64,000 nucleotides of DNA, taken from the NCBI GenBank assembly GCA_963845755.1, contig CAWJTV010000022.1, forward strand, positions 125,642 through 189,641, written 5' to 3'. Below, in pieces: positions 20,950-32,247 of the stretch (within the stretch, counting starts at the first letter, position 1; every line of letters starts with the position of its first letter). Both the position numbers and the translations under genes were made by a program. Source of the DNA: an uncultured Planctomycetota bacterium (lineage in GTDB: Bacteria; Planctomycetota; Planctomycetia; Isosphaerales; Isosphaeraceae). The notes beneath the pieces are model-generated. The model did no database searches, was not told the origin of the DNA, and saw only the letters and a program-made list of their open reading frames with translations.

Positions 20950-22621
20950 TCAGTCGGTCGAGAGCGTCGGCTCGAGGCGGAATCCGTGCAGCACCGGTAT
21001 GGAGCGGAGGATGGCGAGGACCCGGTCGCGGTCGGCGGCATCGAGGAGAGACCCGCGGATCTCGAGGTGGTCGCCCTGAGCCTTCACGATGTCGATGTGG
21101 GCGAGATCGCCGATGTGGCGGGCCATCTGCGCGGTCAGGTAGGGCTCGATGTCCTCGGGGCGTCCCTTCTGGATCAAGGGGTTCGGATGGTTTTCATCCG
21201 GGACCAGAAACTCGAGGCGATCGACGACGTCGCGAACCCCGGGCGTCTGCTGGGCCGCTCGATAGGCGATCATGTCCTCGTAGGCCGAGGGGATCTGGCC
21301 GGTGAGCATCACGGTGTCGCCCGTGGAGCGGACCTTGATGGGCTGGCCAGCCAGGGCGGGGCGCTTCCGCAAGGAGTCCACCACCCGGCGCGACAGGCGT
21401 TGGTTATCCAGGGCAGTCACGCTGATCGCCGGGGGCTCGGCAGCCGGGACGTCGGCGGGGGGATTCGCGGGCGCGTTGGCGGCTGGTACCTCGGCGGGAG
21501 GGGGTGGAGGGACCGCGCCGGGTGCGACCTCCTCGACCCGTCGCGGCTTGACCTGGAGCGGTTCGGCGGCCGGTGCCACGACCGGCTGGGGCAAGGGGGG
21601 AGGCTCGTCTTGCCCGGCTACGGCGACGCGTTGCGGCTTGACCTGAAACTGGGTCACGACCCGGGTGACTCCCGGGACGCTCCAGGCCGTCTGCTCGATC
21701 TCGCGAGCGGCTTCCTCGCTGCCGACCACGCCCCTGAGGAAGACCTGACCGGACATGTTAACGGTGATCTCCACGTCGCCCTTGGCGGGCGGCGGTTGGA
21801 ACGGATTCCCTGCGCCGTCCTGGGCGACAGGAGGGTACCCGGCGCCGGCCGGGGCGGCCGACGGCCGCGGGGGCACCGGATAGGGGCATGGTACCCGCAT
21901 TCGGGAGCCGCCTGTACCGCCACCATCGGGAAACGCCATGGGGTACGAGGCGGATGGCCCGGGACCGTTCGGAGCGGGGGATCGGTTCGCGGCCGGCGGG
22001 CCGGCGCCGTTGGGACCGGCCATCGGGAGCGGCAACCGATTACGCGACCAGGGAGCGAAATTGACCAGCGGGGGCTCCATACCGAAGAAAGGATCATCCA
22101 ACCGCCCGAACAGAGGCTGGGGGTAGACGTAATACGATGCCGACAGGTTCGGAGCCAGGGCCCCGTAGCCGGTCATCGAGGGCGTCGAGCTCATCGCCAC
22201 CCGGAAAGTCTCGGCCGTGTCGATGACCAGATCGTCGCGGAACGGGTAGCCGCAGGCAATCGCCAGTTGGACCGCCATATCGTGGACCTGCTTGGTCCCC
22301 ACCCGTCCCAACAGGACGACGACGCCATCGCGCCAGACCGCCGCGATCGGATAGGGCGCCGTCAAGGGATTGGCCCGCAGCGCATTCTGGACGATCCACT
22401 CGGGCCGCCCCGGAGCACCCGCGCGGGCGTCCCGCGGCCTGCTCGCGCCGTTCGCATGCGGTCCGTACGCTATGGGCGTGCCCGGAGGCTGGACGCTCCC
22501 GGCCGGCCGCGGCGTGGCCGATGTCCCCGGGGCATACTGGCCCCACGCGAAGGAAACTCGCGGCGGCCAGGATCGCCAGCGCGCCGATAGACGACCGCAC
22601 CACCCCTCGCCGCCGGCTCAT
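20950..22621 (-). CDS. Exported multi-BON-domain, Pro-rich protein (frameshifts near 22370-22500)
   Basis: Signal peptide MSRRRGVVRSSIGALAIL; BON-like VFLRGVVGSEEAAREIEQTAWSVPGVTRVV and VMLTGQIPSAY...QTPGVRDVVDRL. Confidence 0.75.
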
Positions 22622-22797
22622 CGTGGGCCCCTCCTGGTTGTCGAGGGGCCAGGCGTGAAATGCTGGCAACGCCCCTCCTATTTCGCAGTCTACGGAGGGT
22701 GCCATCGAACCGACAAGGGTGCTCCGCGCTCCTCTGGACGAATTTCTTCAGAGAAACGTCAGACGTTGATCCCTGCACGAATCCCGGCGAGACGTTC

Positions 22798-24337
22798 TCA
22801 ACGCAACTCGATCGGCTCGATGCTCAGCTTGCCCATCACGCGGACCAGGGGCAGGAACGCCTCGAAGGGCGCGACGCCGTCGAGGCTGGTGTCCGAGAGC
22901 TTGATGTGGACTGCGTCGACATCCGACTGGTCCCACGTCGCGTCCAGGGCAACCCATCGATGGTTGACGAAAACTTCATGCCACATGTGATAACCGAAGC
23001 CCTCGAGCTTGTCAACGTAGATCAGCCCGACCACGACGCGAGCGGGGATTCCCGCGGCGCGGCACATGGCCGCGGCTAGCAGCGAGTGTTCGGTGCAGTC
23101 GCCGGATAGATTCCGGGCGACTTCGGCGGCGGCGGCGAAGGCGACCTTGAAGTTCTTGTTCTTGACGTTCTGGAAGACCCATTGGTTGATCCGTGTGGCC
23201 TTCTCCCAGGGGTCGACTACGCCGCGCGTCACCTGCTGGGCCAGTCGCTGGACCCGGGCGTCATCGCTGGTCACGAGGTTGTTGGACCGGATGATATTCC
23301 GGGCCGGGCTCGTCCGCGGCGGGGACCCCTTCCAGCAGGCCCGCGCTCTTGACCTCGAGGATGGCCGATGACCGAGGCGCCCTTGATCGCCGCGGTGATC
23401 CGTCCCTTTCCCCGCATCCGGCTTGATGGTCTGGCGTGCATCGTTGGGGATGGCCGAGGCCGGCTTGGAATCCTTCAGCGTAATTCGATACGTGACGTGC
23501 CGGGTATTGTCCGCATCCGGGATCTTGTGGGCGGTCTTGATAACGCTATTCAGGATCAGGTCGAACTGGCCGGCACCGCCGGGCTCCTTCGCGGCCTCCT
23601 CGGTCGTCCGATACGCCACGATGCCGCCCAGGACATCTTGCTCCGATTTCAGGATCTGGCCATCGGTGTCGACGTAGATCCGGGCGTCATATTCGGATGC
23701 CGGCTTGCCGTTGACGCTGGTGGACTGGTCGATGCGAAGCAACGGGCGCTGGTTCCCGTCTCCCAGGATGACCGGCTCGATGCCCCGCGCGCGAAGCGTG
23801 ATGTCGCAGACCTTGTTCAGCTCCGGCATGAAAATCTTCAGGGTACGCTCTTCATTCTCCTTCAGGGGCTTGTGGGCCATGCTCTGCTCGGGACCGTAAG
23901 GCCCGCGGACCTCGGGCCCCCAGGGGATCACCCGGCTCTGAGGGTCGCCGGCCCCCTCGATGATCAGCTTCATCCTGCCACCGATCACATCACCATGAAC
24001 GCGCAGGTCCAGGCCTTGGCCGGCCCTGGTGCCGCGTATCGAGCCTCAGGACCTGACCCTCGGGCGTCTCGATCGTGCCATACATCAACTTGATCACGAC
24101 CGTATCCCGATCCCGCTTCAAGCGTTGCTCGATGTCGATCCGGACCCGATTGTAGGTGCGTCCGCGATCCTTGACCGGCTCGACTGACGTGTGGATATAG
24201 CCGATCTTGGCACCGCCGAGATAGACCGCATCCCACGCCGACTGCTGGGCCTGGGCGCCAGCACATCCCAGAAATGTGATGAACGCCAGAGAGAGAATCC
24301 TCGTCGCACGATTGGACCGGGAATGTCTCCGAGTCAT
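22798..24337 (-). CDS. Exported transglutaminase-like domain protein (frameshifted)
   Basis: GDCTEHSLLAAAMCRAAGIPARVVVG...HMWHEV...WVALDAT catalytic triad; signal peptide then WDAVYLGGAKIGY. Confidence 0.88.
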
Positions 24338-24647
24338 GGGGAAGCCCTTTCCAGACCGGTGGTTTCCAGGTAACGAGGCCGCAGTCCGCCCAGTCCGGCT
24401 GCCCCAAGGGGCGGCGACCGGTTCCTCAGAACGTCGAGATGAAAGCCGTCGGGTGCTCATCCACACTATGAACGAAAATCGCCGGGCTCTCAAGTTCAAC
24501 TGGGGATAGGAGCCCCATGGCGAAGGCGAGGCCTTGCCGGCCGACACCACCCGACGGGCCGGGATCGGCCTGGGAGACAGGCCGGAGAATGACACGTGCC
24601 GTGCCGGCGCCGACCCGGGAGAGGAGAGAGAGTTGGTCCCGGACCGA

Positions 24648-24875
24648 TCAGCCGATGGTAATGTTTTCCGCGAATCGGTCGGCCGGCAGCATTTCCAGCG
24701 CCCCGTGGAGGGCGAGCTGTTTCGCGTGCCTCGAGGTCGCCTGCCCGCTGACGACAACCTGTCCTTGAATCTCTCGAACCACCAGATTGCGAATCCGTCC
24801 GTGGGTGAGCTGGCGAACCTTCGATTCGATCCGTTCCGCCAGGCTTGGCCCGGCGTCAGGAACATCTAAAGCCAT
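24648..24875 (-). CDS. Small BON-like hypothetical protein
   Basis: LAERIESKVRQLTHGRIRNLVV...VVVSGQATSRHAKQLA. Confidence 0.7.
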   Translation of the reverse strand: MALDVPDAGPSLAERIESKVRQLTHGRIRNLVVREIQGQVVVSGQATSRHAKQLALHGALEMLPADRFAENITIG

Positions 24876-25115
24876 GGTAACACTCAGGAAAGGTGTGTAA
24901 TTAAGCTTATTACGACGCTCGATAATCCAGGGAATCCCGTAGAATTCGCTGTTTATGCTATCTCGTCCCCCATAAAATGCAAGCGAGTGGGCAGGCCATT
25001 CGGTAAAAAAATGCGTGAGGCATCCGCCTGGCACCCTGCTCAACCCGGCCAAGGATTCTCTGACCAGCATAGAACGGATCGAAAGCGTTGAGACCATCGA
25101 GCATTTTTGGTGCCA

Positions 25116-26132
25116 TCAATCAATTCGCGGTCGCGACAGCCGGGCCAGGAGGAGTTCCAGGACGACTCGGGGCTCCAGGAGCGTGCCGCCCTTGATGTCG
25201 AGGTCGGCTTTCAGGAGGGTTTCGGGTAGCTGATCGACCCGCCGAGGACCCAGATGCGCATGCTGCTTCCCGGTTTTCTCGATCGCGAACGGAGGAATGC
25301 CCGCGATCCGGCACGCCTCGTCCAGGGTCAATCGCGTCGTACGAAGCCGCCCAGCATGATAGACCTTGATCAATGAGGCACTCATGGCTGCGAGCAATGG
25401 CACCGGAAACTCGCCGGCCGCCAGCAGGTTATCGATCAGTTCCAACGTCGCACTGCCTTGCCCCGTGGTCGCCGCGTCGAGTGCCTTCCAGATGGTCTCA
25501 ACCCGACCGGCTCCCACCATCCGGGCAACGTCTCCGCGCTCGATCTTCTTCGAGGAGCCGGCGTAGACGGCCAGCTTTTCCACTTCGGACACGAGGATTC
25601 CCACTTCCAGACCCGCGAGCTCGACCAGCAGGTTCGCTGCCCCTTTATCGAGATGAGCGTTGCAATGAGTCTGGGAGTACTCGATCAGCCACGCGACGAG
25701 CTTCGTGGTGTCCTTGTCGCGCACGGCCGAACATTCGATGGCCTGTCCCAGTTTCTCCGCGAGTTTGGCCAGGTTCGTGGTCGAGGTCCATTGCTTCACC
25801 TGGAGGAGCAGGATTCCCGACGCACTGGGTTTCTGGACGTAGGATTCCAGGTCTTTTCGATGCTTGGTGACGAACGTGTCGGCGTCCTCGACGATGACCA
25901 GTCGCTTCTTGCTGAAGAACGGGAGCGTGAAGAGTTCATCCAGCACGTCCGACAGCTCGGTCTGAGGCCCCGGGAATCGGCTGATCGCCGCATCGTCGTC
26001 CGCCGCGGGAAAGACCGTCCGCACGACGCCGTTGATCGATTCGCGGATCAAATACGCGTCCGTCCCGTAGACGGCGTAAACTGGCCGGCTCGTTGGCTGA
26101 CTCGGCTCGCGGAGCCAGTCTAATGCGTGCAT
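25116..26132 (-). CDS. holA: DNA polymerase III delta subunit
   Basis: PVYAVYGTDAYL, TLPFFSKKRLVIVEDAD, EVEKLAVY, LLKADLDIKGG...VLELLL. Confidence 0.92.
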   Translation of the reverse strand: MHALDWLREPSQPTSRPVYAVYGTDAYLIRESINGVVRTVFPAADDDAAISRFPGPQTELSDVLDELFTLPFFSKKRLVIVEDADTFVTKHRKDLESYVQKPSASGILLLQVKQWTSTTNLAKLAEKLGQAIECSAVRDKDTTKLVAWLIEYSQTHCNAHLDKGAANLLVELAGLEVGILVSEVEKLAVYAGSSKKIERGDVARMVGAGRVETIWKALDAATTGQGSATLELIDNLLAAGEFPVPLLAAMSASLIKVYHAGRLRTTRLTLDEACRIAGIPPFAIEKTGKQHAHLGPRRVDQLPETLLKADLDIKGGTLLEPRVVLELLLARLSRPRID

Positions 26133-26208
26133 GAAGTACCCTCCGGAGCGATCCGCCTCCACCTTCACCGACGATTATCGCCTCCCACGAGATTCCTCTA
26201 AAGCCCAC

Positions 26209-26273
26209 TTGACCGACGGCCGAGAATGAATACAGTTGATTGAAACATCCGTTTGAAACAGGTGTTTGGAACA
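26209..26273 (+). promoter_or_regulatory. Sigma70-like promoter with tandem TetR operator candidates
   Basis: TTGACC-N16-TACAGT, then TGAAACATCCGTTT and TGAAACAGGTGTTT (AAACAggTGTTT palindrome) just upstream of the TetR gene. Confidence 0.6.
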
Positions 26274-26283
26274 GTTAGAGGCG

Positions 26284-26949
26284 ATGGAAACCCAAGATAC
26301 GACGAAAGACCGGTTGATCGAGGCGGCGGGTGAGGAGTTTGCCGAGAAGGGATTCGAGGTGGCCCGGGTGCGCACGATCTGCGAGCGTGCCGGGGCGAAT
26401 GTCGCGGCGGTGAACTATCACTTCGGCGACAAGGAACAGCTCTACGTGCAGGTGGTGCTGGAAGCACACCGTTGCGGCATCGATGCGGACGATGAAGGTC
26501 TGAACGCGGGAGGGAGTCCGCCGGAGCAACTTCGGGAGTTCATCTATCATTTCCTCTCCCGGGTGCTGGCCATCAGTCATCCGGACAACTGGCGGCATCG
26601 GGTCTTGTTGCGGGAGTTGCTGCATCCGACCTCGGCGTCGGATGTCTTGATCCGCGAGGCGATCCGGCCCAAGTTCGAGCGTTTGTCGCAGATCATCCGG
26701 AGGTTCTGTCCGGTCGCGGACGACCGGAAGGTTCATGCGCTGTCCCTGAGTGTGATCGGGCAGTGCCTGCACTACAAGATGGCTCGGGCATGTACCGAGC
26801 GGCTGATCGGGCCCGAGGCGCTCCGGGAACTGGACCTGGATTACCTGACCGACCATATCACATCGTTCTGCCTGGCGGCGCTGGGTTGTGTGCCTCCGCT
26901 GAACGCGGAGGGCGAAACGGTCTGGACGGGCGCGGAGTCTGCGCGCTGA
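26284..26949 (+). CDS. TetR-family regulator (CecR/DUF1956-type)
   Basis: TKDRLIEAAGEEFAEKGF...ICERAGANVAAVNYHFGDKEQLY. Confidence 0.92.
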   Translation: METQDTTKDRLIEAAGEEFAEKGFEVARVRTICERAGANVAAVNYHFGDKEQLYVQVVLEAHRCGIDADDEGLNAGGSPPEQLREFIYHFLSRVLAISHPDNWRHRVLLRELLHPTSASDVLIREAIRPKFERLSQIIRRFCPVADDRKVHALSLSVIGQCLHYKMARACTERLIGPEALRELDLDYLTDHITSFCLAALGCVPPLNAEGETVWTGAESAR

Positions 26950-26968
26950 TCGGGCGAGGGGGCCGGCG

Positions 26969-28168
26969 ATGGGGTGGATTGCGCTGAAGATGCTGGTTGG
27001 CGACAAGGCCAAGTTCCTCGGCATCGTGCTGGGGCTGACGTTCTCCGCACTCTTGATCACGCAGCAAGGGTCCATCTTCTGCGGCCTGATGCTCCGGACT
27101 TGTGGACAGGTCACGGACATCACCGGCGCCGACCTGTGGGTGATGGACCCGAGCGTGCGGTACATCGACGACGTCAAGCCGATGCTCGAAAACAGCCTGT
27201 ACCGGGTCCGCGGCGTCGAGGGGATCCGCTGGGCCGTTCCCCTCTACAAGGGTCAGGCGCGGGTCAAGGTCACCCCGCGGACCTCCCGGGGCAACCAGGC
27301 GACGGTGATCGAGCAGGTCATCCTGCTGGGTCTCGATGACGCGACGTTGGTAGGGGCTCCTCCCGTTTCCAAGATCCTCGCCGGCAGCCTCCGCGACCTC
27401 CGCATCCCCGACGCGATCCTCGTCAACAGCGACCGCCTGCCGAAGCTCTACCCCGAGGAAAACTGGGGCGACCTCAAGCGGGTAGGAAAGGATTTCTACC
27501 GGAGGTTCCTCCGTCGTCAGTTGGAGATGAACGATCACCGCGCGATCATCGTCGGCGTCTGCGAGGCCACCCGGACCTTCCAGACCAATCCGGTGGTATA
27601 CACGACCTATACGCGGGCCAAGAACTTCGCTCCCCAGGAGCGAAAGATCCTCTCGTACATCCTGGCGAAGACCGAGCCCGGACTCACCTCCGACGTGGTT
27701 GCCAGCCGGATCACATCGACCACCGGCCTCGGCGCCAAGACCAGCCACCAGTTCGCCTGGATGACGATCAATTACTACCTCATGTACACAGGTATCCCGT
27801 TCAACTTCGGGATCACCGCGCTGCTGGGCTTCCTGGTCGGCACGGCGATCGCGGGGCAAACCTTCTATAACTTCACGATCGAGAACATCAAGCAATTCGG
27901 CGCGTTGAAGGCCATGGGGATGACGAACATCCGGATCGTCGCCATGATCCTGCTCCAGGCCCTGGTCGTCGGCCTGCTGGGCTACGGGATCGGAGTCGGC
28001 CTGGCGGCCCTCTTCGGCTGGTCCATCCGGGGGAGCGAGCTGGCCTTCTTCACACCCTGGCAACTCTTGCCGATCACGGCAGGCGCAATCATCTTGATCT
28101 GCGTCCTGTCCAGCCTGCTCAGCGTGCAGCGCGTGATCCGTCTGGAGCCTGCGATCGTCTTTCGTTGA
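26969..28168 (+). CDS. ABC exporter permease (MacB/FtsX, DevC-like)
   Basis: IALKMLVGDKAK, FYNFTIENIKQFGALKAMG, RLEPAIVFR. Confidence 0.9.
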   Translation: MGWIALKMLVGDKAKFLGIVLGLTFSALLITQQGSIFCGLMLRTCGQVTDITGADLWVMDPSVRYIDDVKPMLENSLYRVRGVEGIRWAVPLYKGQARVKVTPRTSRGNQATVIEQVILLGLDDATLVGAPPVSKILAGSLRDLRIPDAILVNSDRLPKLYPEENWGDLKRVGKDFYRRFLRRQLEMNDHRAIIVGVCEATRTFQTNPVVYTTYTRAKNFAPQERKILSYILAKTEPGLTSDVVASRITSTTGLGAKTSHQFAWMTINYYLMYTGIPFNFGITALLGFLVGTAIAGQTFYNFTIENIKQFGALKAMGMTNIRIVAMILLQALVVGLLGYGIGVGLAALFGWSIRGSELAFFTPWQLLPITAGAIILICVLSSLLSVQRVIRLEPAIVFR

Positions 28169-28215
28169 TTCCATTCCGCAGTCCTCGGTGAATACTTGAG
28201 GCTTGTCTGGTTCCT

Positions 28216-28276
28216 GTAGAGTGGGTGAAACCCACCGGTATCGGGCCGTTTCTCCGGTGGGTTTCACCCACTCTGC
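28216..28276. repeat. GTAG-type REP inverted pair
   Basis: GTAGAGTGGGTGAAACCCACCGG ... CCGGTGGGTTTCACCCACTCTGC. Confidence 0.8.
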
Positions 28277-28301
28277 ATGTAATCGTTCCAGGAGTGTTCT
28301 G

Positions 28302-29068
28302 ATGAAGGCCGCGCCTCCGGTGGCGACAGTCGATGACGTGATGCAAAGCAGAGACTCGGTTTCGTCCCCGACGGTCGCGGTACGGGTTTGCGGGCTCGCC
28401 AAGCATTTCGGCAGTGGCGAACAGCGGGTCCATGCGCTGAGAGGCCTGGATTGGGACGTGCACACCGGTCAGATGACGCTGATCGTCGGCCCCTCGGGCT
28501 GCGGCAAGACGACGCTCCTGTCGGTCATCGCCGGGATCCTCGACGGCGACGCGGGCGATGTCGAGGTCTTCGGCCAATCGCTCACGGCGATGAGCGACCG
28601 GGTGAGGACTCGATTCCGAGCCCGGAATATCGGGTTTGTGTTCCAGCAATACAACCTGCTGCCGGCCTTGACCGCCGCCGAGAACGCAGCGATCCCGCTG
28701 GTGATCGCCGGCTGGTCGCGGGACCGGGCCGTCCGCCGCGCCGGCGAGGTCCTGGATTCCCTGGGCATGGGGAAGAAACTCGGCAGTCTCCCGGGCCAGC
28801 TCTCGGGCGGCCAGATGCAGCGGGTGGCCATCGCGCGGGCCCTGGTGCACGAGCCGCGACTCCTGGTCTGCGACGAGCCGACGGCCGCTCTCGACCACGA
28901 GACGGGCCTCACGGTGATGCAGCTACTCTGCCGGGCGGCCGTCCGGCCCGACCGGGCCGTCGTCGTGGTGACGCACGACAACCGGGTTTTCCAGTTCGGC
29001 GATCGGATCGCCGGATGGACGACGGCCGGATCGTCGCCGTCGAGGAACAAGCCATCGCGGCGGCATAG
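28302..29068 (+). CDS. ABC exporter ATP-binding protein (frameshift near 29010)
   Basis: GPSGCGKTT, LSGGQMQRVAIARAL, VCDEPTAALD, VVTHD. Confidence 0.93.
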
Positions 29069-29131
29069 CCGGCCGGCCCCGGCCCCGATTTCCAGGTCCA
29101 CTCACACTCTCCGTTCGGAGATCGATCCGTC

Positions 29132-30295
29132 ATGGTCACGAAGTACGTCTTGCCGGTCCTGGCCGTGGCCGGGGTGGTCTTCTCGGTCTACACGGTCATC
29201 CAGGCTCAGCAGGTGCCACCGCCGGCCCGGCCGATCGTCGAGCCACCGACCCGGCCCGACCGCACGAGGATGATCGCCGGCTCCGGTCTGGTTGAGGCAC
29301 GTCGGGAGAACATCCCGATCGGCGTGAACGTTCCGGGTGTGGTCACCGAGGTCTTCGTCAAGAAGGGGGAGAAGGTCAAATCCGGCGCTCCCCTCTTCCG
29401 GACCGACGACCGCGACTTCAAGGCCCAACTGGAAGTGCGGATGGCGGAGCTGGTCTCCGCTCGGGCGCAGCTTCACAAGCTGGCCTCCGCGCCCCGCCCC
29501 GAGGATATCCCGCCGGCCCGCGCGTCGGCCGAGGAGGCGGAAGCCCGGATGAATGATGCCGAGGCCGCCATGGCCCGCACCGAGCGGCTCTTCAAGAGGG
29601 ATGCGATCCCCGCCAGCGATTTCGACAAGGATCGCTATGCGTTTCTCGCCGCCAAGGCGAGCTATGCCAGGGCCAAGGCCGAGCTGGAACGCGTCCTGGC
29701 CGGCACCTGGAAGGAGGATATCGAGGTGTCCAGGGCCGCCGTCCGGCTCGCCCAGAGCCAGGTTGACTCCATCAAGATCAGCCTCGAGCGGCTGATCGTC
29801 CGCGCCCCGATGGATGGGGAGATCCTCCAGCTCAACATCCGGCTCGGTCAATATGCGGCCTTCGCCTGGAAGGAACCGATGATCGTGCTGGGCGATATCC
29901 ACCGGCTCCACGCCCGGGTCGACATCGATGAGAACGACCTCCCGTATTTCTCGCGGGGAGCCGAAGCAATTGCGACGCTCAAGGGACGTCCTCAGGTCCG
30001 CTTCCCGCTCAAATTCGTCTACGTGGAACCCTACGTGATCCCCAAGCAGAGCCTGACCGGTTATAACTCGGAACGGGTTGACACGCGCGTCCTCCAGGTC
30101 ATCTACGAGCTCCCTGAGGACCGTTCCGTGGACGTCTACGTCGGCCAGCAGATGGATGTCTATCTCAAGGCCGCCTCGGTTGATCACGCCGGCCACCTCG
30201 AACTCGGTGGGTCGGAGAGCCCACTTCCTTTCGAGGAAGCCGAGCGGCGGGAGGTCGTCCGGGGAGGGCGGGCGGAAAACGAGCCGCTACGCTGA
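29132..30295 (+). CDS. HlyD-type periplasmic adaptor
   Basis: N-terminal TM, IAGSGLVE, lipoyl halves GVVTEVFVKKGEKV and VRAPMDGEILQ, coiled coil, RVDTRVLQVIY. Confidence 0.9.
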   Translation: MVTKYVLPVLAVAGVVFSVYTVIQAQQVPPPARPIVEPPTRPDRTRMIAGSGLVEARRENIPIGVNVPGVVTEVFVKKGEKVKSGAPLFRTDDRDFKAQLEVRMAELVSARAQLHKLASAPRPEDIPPARASAEEAEARMNDAEAAMARTERLFKRDAIPASDFDKDRYAFLAAKASYARAKAELERVLAGTWKEDIEVSRAAVRLAQSQVDSIKISLERLIVRAPMDGEILQLNIRLGQYAAFAWKEPMIVLGDIHRLHARVDIDENDLPYFSRGAEAIATLKGRPQVRFPLKFVYVEPYVIPKQSLTGYNSERVDTRVLQVIYELPEDRSVDVYVGQQMDVYLKAASVDHAGHLELGGSESPLPFEEAERREVVRGGRAENEPLR

Positions 30296-30340
30296 ATCTC
30301 GTCGGAGGCTGGAACCGTTTTGTCGAGCATCTGTGCCCTC

Positions 30341-30441
30341 GTAGAGAGGATCGAACCCCGCGACGCGGCGTGAGGCCCACTGTGTCCCCCGGCGAATCCG
30401 GTGGACCTCGCCGCGAGGAATCGCGGCTCGACCCACCTTAC
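30341..30441. repeat. Degenerate GTAG-type REP pair
   Basis: GTAGAGAGGATCGAACCCCGCGACGCGGCG ... CGCCGCGAGGAATCGCGGCTCGACCCACCTTAC. Confidence 0.55.
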
Positions 30442-30502
30442 GACCAGACCACGCCCTTCTCGGACACCTGTTGAGGTATTCGACGCAGAAAGGACCCAAA
30501 CC

Positions 30503-32224
30503 ATGGCCAGGAATCACGTTCGGGCGAGGTCTTTGATCGGGACCCTTGCCACATACGGGCTCCTCGGCATCGCGGTGGTTGGCTGGCTCGCGATGTCGGC
30601 GTTTGCGGAGGATCCTCCGCGGTTCGTCAACCTCTCGCTGCTCGTGTCGGCCGAGTACCCGTGCACCTGGCCGACGTTTCCGCGGTTCCAGCTCAATGCC
30701 GAGGAGCGCATCGGCTCGCTCAGCCCGTATCACAGCGACATCGTGATCATCGACGGGAACACGGGCACGCAGCTCGACGTGCCGCCGCACTCGGTCACGC
30801 CGCCCGATTCGGGACTTGCCAACGCCGGCTCGTTCGGCCGGTCCTACACGGACGTCGTCCCCGCCTGGCAGTTCGGCGGCGAGGCGTGCGTCATCGACTG
30901 CCGCGAAGTGGTCGAGTCGGCGGCGCCGGGCCATAGCCCTTTGATCGGCAAGGAGCGCGTCATCGCCTGGGAGAAAGCGAATCGGCCGCTTGGGCCGGGC
31001 GATGTGGTCCTGTTCGCCAGCGGCTACAGCGACCGGTTCTATCGACCGATGCCGGAGGGTCGCCGCTACGGCGCCGACCCGCTCGAAGGCAAGACCCCGG
31101 CCTGGCCGGGACCCGATCCGGAGTGCATGGAATACCTCGCCAGCCGCAAGCTCATGACTCTGGGCATCGACAGCACCAGCATGGGGCCGATCCCTGACCT
31201 CGCCGAGCCGACCCATTTCGCCGGTCTCAAGCACGGCATGATCTGGGCCGAGAGTACCACCGGACTCGGCCAGCTCCCGACCACAGGCGCGTTCTATTGC
31301 ATGCTCGGCCCGAAGTACGCGGGTGGGATTTACAGCGAGCTGCGCGCGTTCGCGGTCGTCGGCGACCCGCTCGCCCGCCGGTTGATCGACTCGGCCCGCA
31401 AACGGTACGTCGTCGATCTCTCGGTCGTGCTGGCCGAGGAATTACCTGTCTCCTGGCCCGGCCGCGGCGTAGGCTACCATCGCCAGCTTTTCACCACGAT
31501 CCGATGGGGGATGAACCCGAACACGCGATCGCCCTTCGAGATGCACATGCTCGATGGCCAGGCCGGCACGCATCTGGTCCCGCCCGCCTATAGTCTGCCC
31601 TCCGCGGGCTTTGATAACGCATCCTACGCCCCCGACGTGAAGCGATGGCTGGCCGAGTACGAGGCGAGATACGGCCCGCGCGGGATCAGCGACATGACGA
31701 CCGACAAGGTCCCGATTGCGCAGACCTGCGGCCCGGCGCGGGTGATCGACGTCGCTCCGCTGCTCGGCACGACCGACAAAGCCACATGGCCGGCCTCGCC
31801 GGAGATCACCCTCGACTTGATCCGTCGCGACGAGGTCCAGTACGGCGAGCTGCACGCGGGCGAGATCGTCATCTTCCGGAGCGGTTGGAGCGATCGCACC
31901 TTCAAGCCGCTCCCCGCCGGCAGGGCCTGCGTGGACGACCCGATCAACGGTCGCAGTGAAGGCTGGCCGGCGCCGGGTCCCGAGGCGATCGTCTATATGG
32001 CGAAGAAAGGGATCCGTTGCGTCGCCACCGACGCACCGACCCTCGGCGGCGTCGAGCCCCGGCGCGCACTCATGACCTACTGGGTACTCGGCAGCCGCGG
32101 AATGGTGGGCGTCGAATACTTGACCAACGTCGCCCGAATGCCGCAAGGCGCGTACTTCCTCTTCGCGGCGGTGAAGCTCCACGGCGGTCACGGCGGCCAT
32201 GGCCGAGCCATCGCGCTATTCTGA
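30503..32224 (+). CDS. Exported tandem cyclase-family (kynurenine formamidase-like) protein
   Basis: Two cyclase domains (GNTGTQLDVPPH and GQAGTHLVPPA; GDVVLFASG and GEIVIFRSG; GIDSTSMG and ATDAPTLG) behind a hydrophobic N-terminus. Confidence 0.8.
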   Translation: MARNHVRARSLIGTLATYGLLGIAVVGWLAMSAFAEDPPRFVNLSLLVSAEYPCTWPTFPRFQLNAEERIGSLSPYHSDIVIIDGNTGTQLDVPPHSVTPPDSGLANAGSFGRSYTDVVPAWQFGGEACVIDCREVVESAAPGHSPLIGKERVIAWEKANRPLGPGDVVLFASGYSDRFYRPMPEGRRYGADPLEGKTPAWPGPDPECMEYLASRKLMTLGIDSTSMGPIPDLAEPTHFAGLKHGMIWAESTTGLGQLPTTGAFYCMLGPKYAGGIYSELRAFAVVGDPLARRLIDSARKRYVVDLSVVLAEELPVSWPGRGVGYHRQLFTTIRWGMNPNTRSPFEMHMLDGQAGTHLVPPAYSLPSAGFDNASYAPDVKRWLAEYEARYGPRGISDMTTDKVPIAQTCGPARVIDVAPLLGTTDKATWPASPEITLDLIRRDEVQYGELHAGEIVIFRSGWSDRTFKPLPAGRACVDDPINGRSEGWPAPGPEAIVYMAKKGIRCVATDAPTLGGVEPRRALMTYWVLGSRGMVGVEYLTNVARMPQGAYFLFAAVKLHGGHGGHGRAIALF

Positions 32225-32247
32225 AAGGGGTCCAGGTCTGCCGCGTC

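Noticed and set aside
20347..22590. Long antisense or shadow ORFs (also 26858..28465, 18605..20068, 11805..13106)
   Set aside because: They mirror real genes on the other strand, are Arg/Gly/Pro-rich without motifs, and are expected in high-GC DNA.
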